Source: a virus. Taken from it: 31,514 nucleotides of DNA. The stretch covers positions 1 through 31,514 of IMG/VR virus record IMGVR_UViG_3300045988_120591. One strand, written 5' to 3'. Each line of letters starts with the position of its first letter. Within the stretch, counting starts at the first letter, position 1. Below, piece by piece: positions 20,924-29,075 of this stretch. Below the pieces are notes generated by a model. That model saw only the letters and a list, made by a program, of their open reading frames with translations, had not been told where the DNA came from and ran no database searches. A program made the translations under genes and the position numbers.

Positions 20924-21409
20924 ATGATTTACGTAATTAAATTAACTAAAACGAATTTTATTAAAGTTGGTTACACTACTAATATAAGTGGCAGACTAAC
21001 TGCTTATAAAAATACTATTCCAAATGAGATGATAGAATTTTTTATAGCAAAAGAAGGAAATAGAGATGATGAAAATTATTATAGAGATAAATATAGAGCA
21101 TATAAAACTAAGAGTAATTCAGAATGGTTAAAACTTCCAGATGAATTAATTGTAGAGCTATTAGCAGATTTTAAGAGTGCAAATAATATAAAAATAAATA
21201 AACAAAGCAAAAAAGAATGATATAATGAGAATATAGATAAATTAGTAGAATTGTGCTTATCTGGAGTATCATTAAATAGAGCTGCAATTCAATTAAATGC
21301 ACTAAATTGAGACTGAATAAAATATGCTAATCAAAGATACGAAAAAGAGAATGGCAAAAAATTAACAAAACTTTGGGTAAGAAAAATCAAGAAAAGTTTT
21401 GCAGAATAA
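20924..21409 (+). CDS. T5orf172 (GIY-YIG-like) domain protein with C-terminal HTH, 161 aa
   Basis: MIYVIKLTKTNFIKVGYTTNISGRLTAY..SEWLKLP. Reads through three TGA (21218, ~21308, ~21314) as ..KKEWYNENIDKLVELCLSGVSLNRAAIQLNALNWDWIKYANQRYE.. to TAA at 21407. The upstream part of the track ORF from 20807 is unlikely to be coding. Confidence 0.7.
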
Positions 21410-21428
21410 AAATTTATTATTATATTTG
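21398..21428 (+). promoter_or_regulatory. Bacteroidota-type promoter P1: TTTG-N19-TATATTTG
   Basis: TTTG at 21398-21401 and TATATTTG at 21421-21428. Confidence 0.55.
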
Positions 21429-21479
21429 TAGTGTAAAGAAAAAAAAAATAATTTTTTATTAAAAATAATACCCGAATTA

Positions 21480-21511
21480 TTTGGAAATTTAATTTTTATG
21501 TATTATATTTG
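21480..21511 (+). promoter_or_regulatory. Bacteroidota-type promoter P2: TTTG-N20-TATATTTG, with an ATG 4 nt downstream
   Basis: TTTG at 21480-21483, TATATTTG at 21504-21511 and ATG at 21516-21518. Confidence 0.6.
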
Positions 21512-21515
21512 CAGT

Positions 21516-21599
21516 ATGAAACTAAAACTAATAATTCTAGGCAGGTGAAAATCCTGCCACTTTTTGAATCTTACTGTCAAGTTTTTTACTCACTTTTAG
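21516..21599 (+). promoter_or_regulatory. Leader region: a mini-ORF (10 codons to the TGA, 27 codons to the TAG) or a short RNA ending at the terminator
   Basis: ATGAAACTAAAACTAATAATTCTAGGCAGGTGAAAATCCTGCCACTTTTTG... The TGA at 21546-21548 forms the first three loop bases of the hairpin. Confidence 0.3.
21540..21565 (+). terminator. Rho-independent terminator or attenuator upstream of the helicase gene
   Basis: GGCAGG-tgaaaat-CCTGCC followed by ACTTTTT. Confidence 0.6.
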
Positions 21600-21624
21600 T
21601 AGTAAGAAAATAAAAATATTGACA
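21575..21624 (+). repeat. Dispersed 50-bp element, copy 3
   Basis: TGTCAAGTTTTTTACTCACTTTTAGTAGTAAGAAAATAAAAATATTGACA, located 30 nt upstream of the helicase ATG. Confidence 0.85.
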
Positions 21625-21654
21625 AAAACTTTAACTATTTAAATTATTAAAATT

Positions 21655-23376
21655 ATGAAAACATATTTAAACAATTTGATTAATGAGTTGCCAACTAACT
21701 GCTTATTTGATAAAGGAAAAGTTGGATGTGGAGGAACTTCAATGGCAATTGAATGTAATAAGCCTTATGTTATTTGTGTTCCATTTACTAGCTTAGTTGA
21801 GAATAAACTTCAACAATATCCAAATGAAAGACGTACTGAGAAGATATTTGGAGTTTATGCTGGAGTTACTATTAAAGAGATTAAAGATTACGTAGATAGT
21901 GTTAAATGTCCTAAAATTATTGTTACATATAACTCACTTCCGAAGGTTATTTCTGCAGTTAATACTAAAGAATACAGTTTATTAGTAGATGAATATCATA
22001 TACTATTTAATCAGTATAGCTTTAGAAAGGATGCTATTAAACCTGTTTTAGAGAACTATAAATTATTTAAAGATTTTACATTTATGACTGCAACTCCTCT
22101 TGAAGAAGAATTCGTATTAGATGAATTAAAAGATTTAGAATTAGTAAAACAAGAATGGGATGATGTTATTGAAACTAAGGTACAAGCCGTTAAATGTAAG
22201 AATGTTGAAGCTTCAACTATTAAATTAATTAATGCTGTTCTTAATAATCAAGTTGAAGGTAATGTTTATATATTTGTAAATTCTGTGGACTTTATAAAGA
22301 ATCTTATTCAGAAAGCTAAACTTACAGAAGAGAATACCAGAGTTATATATTCCAAAAACAATAAAACCAAATTATCAATTCATAATTCTACAGTATTAGA
22401 TGAACCTAAGAAAATAAATTTATTAACTTCTACAGTATTTGAAGGTTCTGATATTTATGATGAAAATGGAAGAATTGTAGTAGTAAGTGATGCTCAAAAA
22501 GCACAAACTCTTCTTGACATCTCAACTTCAATCCAACAGATTGCTGGCAGAATTAGAAATAGTAAATATTTAAACTGGATAACTCATCTTTACTCAGCAA
22601 CAAGATATGCAGATATTAGTTATGAAGACTTTAAAAAGAAGAATATCCAGAATATTGAGGAAACTAAGATTGCTGTAGATGCTTACAATGCAATGCCTGA
22701 AGTTGCAAGAAAGAAACTTAAAGAATTTACATCTGATACTTATATCCAAGTAAATGATGATTTTACATTTACATTTGATCCAAATATGGCTAAGGTAGAT
22801 ATTTTTAACTTTAAAGTGACAAGAGGTTTATATTCTATTAGAACGAATCTTAATAAAGAATATATAAAGAATGGATTTAAAAAAGTAATAGAATGTGAAG
22901 ACAACTCTATTAAGATTGATTTTGAATCTGATAATAAACCATTTAAAGAACTAATTAAAGAAGTTAGAACAGAATGGGAAAATAAATTTAAACTGAATAC
23001 TCCACTCTTAAATGATGCTATTATTAAATATCCTTGGTTACCAGAAGCTATTAGTAAATTAGGATTCGAAAAGATGGCAAGCTTGAAATATTGCATTTCG
23101 GATATTAAAGATGCTCTATTAAAGAAATCAAATAAAAGTGCAGATAATAAAGCAGCTAAGAAGTTAAATCAATCAATTACTCTTGGAATGTGGTATTCTA
23201 ACGCTGATATTAAAAAGTTTGTTAAAGAAGCTTATGAAATTAGTGATATTACTATTACTCCAAAAGCAACAGAAATTGATAAATATTATGAAGTTAAAAA
23301 ATGCCAGAAAAGAGTAAATGGTAAACAAACTGAAGGTTATGTAATTATTAATAAAAAATTTGTATTTAATAAATAA
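21655..23376 (+). CDS. SF2 (DExH-type) helicase-like replication protein, 573 aa
   Basis: Motif I-like GKVGCGGTS, motif II LLVDEYH, motif III MTATP and motif VI QQIAGRIRN. No in-frame TGA, and all five Trp are TGG. Ends in TAA. Confidence 0.65.
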   Translation: MKTYLNNLINELPTNCLFDKGKVGCGGTSMAIECNKPYVICVPFTSLVENKLQQYPNERRTEKIFGVYAGVTIKEIKDYVDSVKCPKIIVTYNSLPKVISAVNTKEYSLLVDEYHILFNQYSFRKDAIKPVLENYKLFKDFTFMTATPLEEEFVLDELKDLELVKQEWDDVIETKVQAVKCKNVEASTIKLINAVLNNQVEGNVYIFVNSVDFIKNLIQKAKLTEENTRVIYSKNNKTKLSIHNSTVLDEPKKINLLTSTVFEGSDIYDENGRIVVVSDAQKAQTLLDISTSIQQIAGRIRNSKYLNWITHLYSATRYADISYEDFKKKNIQNIEETKIAVDAYNAMPEVARKKLKEFTSDTYIQVNDDFTFTFDPNMAKVDIFNFKVTRGLYSIRTNLNKEYIKNGFKKVIECEDNSIKIDFESDNKPFKELIKEVRTEWENKFKLNTPLLNDAIIKYPWLPEAISKLGFEKMASLKYCISDIKDALLKKSNKSADNKAAKKLNQSITLGMWYSNADIKKFVKEAYEISDITITPKATEIDKYYEVKKCQKRVNGKQTEGYVIINKKFVFNK

Positions 23377-23390
23377 AAATATTATATTTG
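23359..23390 (+). promoter_or_regulatory. Bacteroidota-type promoter P3: TTTG-N20-TATATTTG, with an ATG 4 nt downstream (a leaderless-type arrangement)
   Basis: TTTG at 23359-23362, TATATTTG at 23383-23390 and ATG at 23395. It overlaps the helicase 3' end. Confidence 0.6.
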
Positions 23391-23394
23391 TGAT

Positions 23395-23556
23395 ATGGAA
23401 AGTGATATTAAAGAAACAATTAAACAAACAGAAGAGTATATTAAAGAATTGGATAAATGAATGCTCGAATGTAAAGAGGCTACTAAAAGATTTGGTGATA
23501 TTATAGATAAAGTATTAAAAGATAAAGATTATATGTTTATTTCTAAATTTGATTAA
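23395..23556 (+). CDS. Small hypothetical protein, 53 aa
   Basis: MESDIKETIKQTEEYIKELDKWMLECKEATKRFGDIIDKVLKDKDYMFISKFD. One in-frame TGA. Ends in TAA. Confidence 0.45.
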
Positions 23557-23558
23557 TT

Positions 23559-23699
23559 ATGGATGATTATTTATTTAAAAAGCTTGAAGAACTAGAATAT
23601 AGAATAGTTCAACTAGAAAACCAGAATAGAGGTTTAGTTTGGGAAGAAGTAAAAGAAACACCCAAACCAGAGATTCCTAACGCAACATATATTGACTAA
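23559..23699 (+). CDS. Small hypothetical protein, 46 aa (coiled-coil)
   Basis: MDDYLFKKLEELEYRIVQLENQNRGLVWEEVKETPKPEIPNATYID. Starts 2 nt after the previous stop. Confidence 0.4.
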   Translation: MDDYLFKKLEELEYRIVQLENQNRGLVWEEVKETPKPEIPNATYID

Positions 23700-23700
23700 T

Positions 23701-23841
23701 ATGAAGTACTTTACATATAAATTATGCTTAAATGGAGTAAATTACGTTTATGTAATTCCCGAAAATAGTAAATTCTTAGTAGATTTACAAACTGGAGAAT
23801 TAATACCTAAAGATGAGAAATTATTTGAGATAATGGAATAA
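23701..23841 (+). CDS. Small hypothetical protein, 46 aa
   Basis: MKYFTYKLCLNGVNYVYVIPENSKFLVDLQTGELIPKDEKLFEIME. Starts 1 nt after the previous stop. Confidence 0.4.
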   Translation: MKYFTYKLCLNGVNYVYVIPENSKFLVDLQTGELIPKDEKLFEIME

Positions 23842-23844
23842 ACA

Positions 23845-23879
23845 AAAAGGAGGGTTATTTGCCCTCCTTTTCTTTTTTA
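23845..23879. terminator. Strong bidirectional terminator between convergent transcription units
   Basis: AAAAGGAGGG-ttatttg-CCCTCCTTTT followed by CTTTTTT. It abuts the stop of the minus-strand GIY-YIG gene at 23880. Confidence 0.8.
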
Positions 23880-24449
23880 TTAAACATATCTTCACTTGAA
23901 TCCTTTAGCTGTATTTGCTAATCCACCACATACTCTACTAATAGCTCCTCTATCAGTTCCTACAGATTTGGCTGCTTCTGTGCAACTTTCATACTCTTGA
24001 ATAAAATTACCATCTAAATCATACTGAGCTACTTTACGACATCTTTGTTTGTTATGAGCATCTACTTTAACTCTTCAAGATTCTGGGCAATTATGTTTCT
24101 TTCCCTTATTAGAATTAGACAGTTTCTTCTTTCATTCAGAATTAAATTTGACTCCGTAATTGCCTCCTTCTCCTCCAGGTTTCAAATTTAAACACATAGG
24201 ATCAGTGTCCCATTTATCTCCAATTAGTTTGTATTCTAATTTAGATAATTCATCTGCATTAGTGCAAGTTGCCAAAATAATCTTTTGGTATGCATTAGGG
24301 AATCTTTTGTAATAATTAGTAATAATCCTTCCTGATCCTTTATATGGATCTTTATTTATGTCTTTACCTCTATAAATCCTTTTCCCAATATAATACTTGC
24401 CTCTTAATGTACCTGCAGTTAAAATTATTTTATAACAATAGTAAAACAT
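23880..24449 (-). CDS. GIY-YIG homing endonuclease 3, 189 aa
   Basis: YKIILTAGTLRGKYYIGKR.., ..EYKLIG.., NLKPGGEGG. Continues through TGA at 24132, 24075 and 23892 to ..VAQYDLDGNFIQEYES..TAKGFKWRYV and TAA at 23880. The frame was checked triplet by triplet. Confidence 0.75.
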
Positions 24450-24901
24450 TATATAATAGTAAATTTCTGTCGTCTTTGCATCCCGTCTTTATTCTTTAAT
24501 CCCAAGTGTATTCAACTTGCTATACCATTCCTAGGCCTTTCATATATCAACTGGTCGAAATCAAATTCTTCAATAGCTTCAGCAATCCAACTTTGGAATA
24601 CTTTCATATTACCATTAATTGGAGATATATCTGCTGCATACCCTGTTAAATGAGCAGAAGTTGAAGATCCTCCTACTGCTTTATTAAGCTCCTTATTTCT
24701 AAAACCAGAGGAAATCCTGATGCCTGCGTTACCAAGCTGATTGTCATCACAATACTTTGCCCATCTCTCTCTTATTGGGTCTAAAAGCTTCTCGACCAAC
24801 TCTATCAGGTGCTCTGTTATACTCTCATCTGGAGTGTTATCTATATGCTTAATTGAAGCAGTATCAGATCTTGTTAATTCTTCGAGTGTGAAATACTTCA
24901 T
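24449..24901 (-). CDS. Endolysin, peptidase M15 (M15_3-like zinc D,D/L,D-peptidase), 150 aa
   Basis: FTLEEL..., SSGFRNKELNKAVGGSSTSAHLTGYAADI, FDQLIYE. Continues through TGA at 24512 as ..GIASWIHLG.. to TAA at 24449. Confidence 0.75.
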
Positions 24902-25062
24902 TATTTAAGTACATCTTTAATCATAACATATCTATAAAATAGATGTGAAGCTACACCTATTACAAGTAATACTACAGTAATCCAAAAAGGAATTACTTTA
25001 ATTAGTAAACATATCAGCAGAATAATAACTACTGCAATTACATATTTTAACCAATATTTCAT
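24901..25062 (-). CDS. Holin-like small membrane protein, 53 aa, two predicted TM segments
   Basis: MKYWLKYVIAVVIILLICLLIKVIPFWITVVLLVIGVASHLFYRYVMIKDVLK. Its TAA overlaps the endolysin ATG (TAATG). Not in the ORF track because it is shorter than 60 aa. Confidence 0.6.
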   Translation of the reverse strand: MKYWLKYVIAVVIILLICLLIKVIPFWITVVLLVIGVASHLFYRYVMIKDVLK

Positions 25063-25063
25063 A

Positions 25064-25720
25064 TTATATTTTATTTAAAATTATACTTATCTGTATTCCA
25101 GTTCTTCTTAGATGTACTCAAGTATCATAAGGCATAGGTGTATCACAGAATGATAAACCTAAAATGCCAATATCTTTATCCTCAGTCTTTAAATAAAATA
25201 CTGCTATTTCATTCACTCTGTTGGATTTAAATGCATAATATAATCTTGGATCATCTGCTTCTAAACTATCTATATTACCAAACCATCCATCATTCTTAGA
25301 AAACTCTATAATTGAAGTATAGTCAGATAACAGGAAATCTTTATAATGGCTACTTACAGGTCTTATTCCTGGTTTTACTTCCTCTGCATTCATTACTCCA
25401 TAGGTAAATGGAAGTCCTCCTAATCCAGTAGTTCCATTATGATATTCAATAACCCAAGCTCTATCAGCATTGGTACTTTGAAGCAATTCTTTAAGCTTAT
25501 ATTTAATCTTCAAAGTTGCTTCATTTCTTGCAATAGTTTTAGAATTGTGAGTTTGTTCAATATAGGTTACAACCTTATTATAAACAATAGAGGGATTAAG
25601 TGTAATAACCATTACATAGGATATAAATATTAATCCAATCCCTGCTTTAAATATCTTTAGTAATCCATATTTATCTACTCATTCTAATACCTTTCCAAAC
25701 CAGTTTAATTTATTTTCCAT
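25064..25720 (-). CDS. Membrane-anchored protein of unknown function, 218 aa
   Basis: Track ORF 25118..25612 extends upstream to ATG 25718-25720 (MENKLNWFGKVLEWVDKYGLLKIFKAGIGLIFISYV..) and downstream through TGA at 25118 to TAA at 25064. Two in-frame TGA. Confidence 0.55.
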
Positions 25721-26145
25721 TACATATTATCAGAACAAGTACCCAGAGTATTGTCTACAGCTAAATCAACTCTAACAAATACTCCAGTACAAATATCTTT
25801 GAACTTCTGATAAAATGGAGTAAAAATTAAAGGATAAGAAATATCAACTTCTGGATATTGGTTATTAAATCGGTTAATTATATTAGTTAATGCTAATATT
25901 CCAGCTGATTGCTCTTCAAGCTGATTATTATCAGTCTCATCCCATCTTGCTATAAAATAGAGATTTAAAGAGTAAGTAATAGTATCCTCATCCATATTAA
26001 ATGTATTTGGAGTTATATAAAATACATTATATTCAATAGTTGGGATACTATTAAGTTCATATATATCCTTACTTCCTACAAAATTAATATTGGGTTCTTC
26101 AAGAGCACAAGCTTTTAAATTGTTTATTAATTCAAAATACGTCAT
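25720..26145 (-). CDS. Hypothetical virion/neck protein, 141 aa
   Basis: ATG at 26143-26145 directly follows the TAA of the upstream gene (MTYFELINNLKACALEEPNINF..). Function is inferred from position within the portal-connector block only. Confidence 0.45.
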   Translation of the reverse strand: MTYFELINNLKACALEEPNINFVGSKDIYELNSIPTIEYNVFYITPNTFNMDEDTITYSLNLYFIARWDETDNNQLEEQSAGILALTNIINRFNNQYPEVDISYPLIFTPFYQKFKDICTGVFVRVDLAVDNTLGTCSDNM

Positions 26146-26146
26146 C

Positions 26147-26830
26147 TTACTTACTCTTTTTATTGTTATCACTTGAAGGGAAATCATAAGCTCTTTGCAG
26201 AGGACCTTCACAAGAATTATATCTCCAACCTTTACCTCTAGCTCCACCTAACCAAATAGTGCAAGATGAACTTGAATACATATTTGGATACATATCTTTA
26301 AGAGGTTTATAAGAATACAATTCAGGAAAATCATTATAATATGTAATTACCCAATTTTGTAATCTTGTTTTAAAGAAATCTGCTTTATCTCTATAATATT
26401 TCTTAATAAGATTAACTTGATTAATATCAGAAGTTAAATCTTTCTCATCATCAGTCCTCATAACACCAAAGTTACTAAGCTTAAACGAAATAGGTATAGT
26501 AATCTCACTTAATACTTGATAAAGTAAATAAGGCTGAATATAGTAATCTAGCAATTCTTTATATCTATGATTTTCTGGGTCATCTATAGAAGTAGGATCA
26601 TAAATAGGAGGTTCTATTGGATGAACTGGTTTATTTGGGTCTTTTCAATCAATTACTAATTTCTGAATCTTTTCTAAGAGCTTAGTTCCAATTAATGACT
26701 GAAGCTCAATATCTTGTGCAAGTTTAATTGCTGACTGAAGATATTTACCAGAAACATTATTGTCTAAATTGGATTCTGATTTTATATAATCTTCAGATAT
26801 TAATAGTACATTTCTATAATTATTTTCCAT
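26147..26830 (-). CDS. Head-tail connector-like protein, 227 aa
   Basis: Track ORFs 26645..26830 and 26147..26554 share frame 2 mod 3, are joined through TGA at 26645, and have no TAA or TAG in the gap. The ATG overlaps the portal stop. The function is positional. Confidence 0.45.
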
Positions 26831-27945
26831 TATTCAACTTGTTTAGTATCAGCTTCATTAAGGCTAAATGGTGAAATTGTGATTGAATTCTGCATTCCAA
26901 AGATCTTATCAAATGAATCACAAATCTCTTTCTGAATAGGTCTAATCATAGTTCTATTATAAAGCTTGAATGAAGATTCAAATTCTTGCTCATTAAAACC
27001 AGTTGAATCTGAGTTAATTCCAAATAAGTTAGGATTAGCTCGGAAAGCACAGAATATTTGATCTCTTGTTCTCTCAGATAACGATTGATATTTCTCATCA
27101 AAATCATCAGAATCTAATCTTTCAATAGTAGTCTTATTTGCCTCATCTGCATTATATGAAATCAATATTCTGCCAGCATTCTGATAACCAGAGAACTTCT
27201 CATTAATATTCCTCTCAATCTCCTCTCTAATTTCATCTGTAGGTTCCCCATTATTAAAGTTAATAATAAGATTACCCATAAATCCATTATTGATGTTATT
27301 TAAATGGAATTCATTAATATTTTTCTCAGTTTCACAAGATAAAATGGCAGCTCCATAAACAGGAATAGGATATACTCCTCTTGTTATATAACCTTTATTA
27401 TAAAATATACTAGCTGGATTTTCATCAGCAGCTCCAAATTTTGGATATTTTATAGCTTTTACAGACCAAGCTGTCCAATCAGTTGCATAATATAATATAT
27501 CATTCTTTTCACTCGACCTTACATTCATAAAATCAATATGATAGATCTCTGCAACTCTTCCAAGCATATCTCTAATTACTTGGATAGCATAACCTCCAAA
27601 TATCATCTTATCAATAGTGATTTTTCTCATTATATCAACTATTGTTTCACCTTTCTTGTTTACAACTACTTCAAATCCTGGAGCATTACATTTAACATCA
27701 TTACCAACAATAAAGTCAGCAGAACCATTAATAATAGATTGGAGAGTAGCAACATTTAAGTATAAATCTCATAGATATAATGGATATTTGTTATCTTCTC
27801 CCCACATTATCATATCAGAACCTCTTTTCTTTGTTTCCGTTGGAAGAACGATGTTAGATTGAATAAAAGGATCTAGGGCTGACATCATTATTTTACTTTT
27901 GTGCCCATTCTCATTTGTAGCCTTTACATTGTTTATTTTTTCCAT
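26830..27945 (-). CDS. Portal protein, 371 aa
   Basis: Track ORFs 27769..27975 and 26830..27630 share frame 1 mod 3 and join through TGA at 27769. ATG at 27943-27945. Portal-like sequence character (..GGYAIQVIRDMLGRV.., ..NAGRILISY.., ..FRANPNLFG..). Confidence 0.7.
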
Positions 27946-28540
27946 AAAGTACTCTGTTAATATTTTTATAACCACTTTTTTGTGCTTCTTTACAAGAATC
28001 TCATCTTTTAATAAAATTGCCGTCTAAATCTAATTGATTTACTGGTTTGCTTCACTTTTTACGTAGATTTTCTTTCTCCTCTTCAGTTCTATGTCTACCA
28101 TACATACCATTCTTCTCTCCAGATCTAGATTCACTCATTTTCTTCCGAGTATCCTCACTACATTTTTGCACTCCTTTTTTATCCTTATTTCAGGGATCTT
28201 TCCCAATTGTACCTCCGCCTCCTAGAGTTGAATTATATCCATTTTTAAATGTATCATATAAAGCTATATATTTAATTTCAGATGCATCTAACTGTTTCTT
28301 TAACAACTCTTTTGAAGAACAGGAAAATATTTTAAGTATTTTATAATCTCAATTATCTATACCATATAATCTGATTGCTTTATGAAAGTGATCATTATAA
28401 CTTCTTGAATTTGAATTAAAACTATCAGCACAATGTTGTTTCCATCTTATATCAAATGACCTACAAGTTTGTCCAATATACATTTTTCCTGTTACCTTAG
28501 AGCGGACCAAATATATTTCTCCAGTTTTATTTTCGCTCAT
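27893..28540 (-). CDS. GIY-YIG homing endonuclease 2 (I-TevI-like), 215 aa
   Basis: GEIYLVRSKVTGKMYIGQT, HFHKAIRLYG, NGYNSTLGGGG, and the NUMOD3-like GMYGRHRTEEEKENLRKK. Five in-frame TGA (28349, 28190, 28052, 28001, 27911). Ends ..CKGYKWEWAQK with TAA at 27893. The 3' end overlaps the portal start by 53 nt. Confidence 0.8.
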
Positions 28541-28919
28541 AAGCCATATATTTGTTTTGTTTGTCGTATTGATAATTATTATTCTCATAATCTCCAATTC
28601 TTATTAATCCTGTTCCCAATATAGGTATTGGTTTACCAGCAACTAATATCTGAGTACCATTAGTAAGAGTATTATTATATGTAACCAGAATAACTGGATT
28701 ACCATATAACTCCGATCTAAATGGATTGTTTACATCAACTATAACTTGAAATTTATTTGGATTAGTAAATAAAATATATTGATATTCACCGTCTCTCATT
28801 CCTTCTTGAAGTGTAATATCAAACTTATAGTAGATATTCTCAGAATAATTCTGATTTTCAAGATCAAATGTATAAACTTCTTTAGTAGTTGTATTTTGCA
28901 TTAATAAAGTATAATTCAT
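28527..28919 (-). CDS. Hypothetical protein, 130 aa
   Basis: ORF from ATG to TAA without TGA. It is the first gene after repeat copy 4 and its hairpin. Confidence 0.5.
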   Translation of the reverse strand: MNYTLLMQNTTTKEVYTFDLENQNYSENIYYKFDITLQEGMRDGEYQYILFTNPNKFQVIVDVNNPFRSELYGNPVILVTYNNTLTNGTQILVAGKPIPILGTGLIRIGDYENNNYQYDKQNKYMAYERK

Positions 28920-28997
28920 ATTTTACAGCAATTTACATTAGTTTTACATATCTTTTTCTTAAAATATAAACCAATTTACTAATGTATTAAAATAATT

Positions 28998-29019
28998 AAA
29001 GGAGACCTAAGCCTCCTTT
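28998..29019 (-). terminator. Hairpin, probable terminator of the fibre/RBP operon
   Basis: AAAGGAG-acctaagc-CTCCTTT. On the minus strand it is followed by AATTATTTT. Confidence 0.5.
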
Positions 29020-29021
29020 AA

Positions 29022-29071
29022 TGTCAAGTTTTTTACTCACTCAAAGTACTAAGAAAAAATAAAAACTGACA
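29022..29071 (+). repeat. Dispersed 50-bp element, copy 4
   Basis: TGTCAAGTTTTTTACTCACTCAAAGTACTAAGAAAAAATAAAAACTGACA. It begins 4 nt from the stop of the gene at 29076. Confidence 0.85.
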
Positions 29072-29075
29072 AAAA

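Noticed and set aside
18160-29075. Suppressor tRNA or other tRNA genes in the apparent intergenic gaps (18160-18540, 21410-21654, 23377-23880, 6177-6371, 15297-15561, 28920-29075)
   Set aside because: The gaps are either coding under table 4 or extremely AT-rich. None has a cloverleaf-capable GC-containing stem or a T-loop-like GTTCRANYC box. This was a by-eye search only and should be confirmed with tRNAscan-SE.
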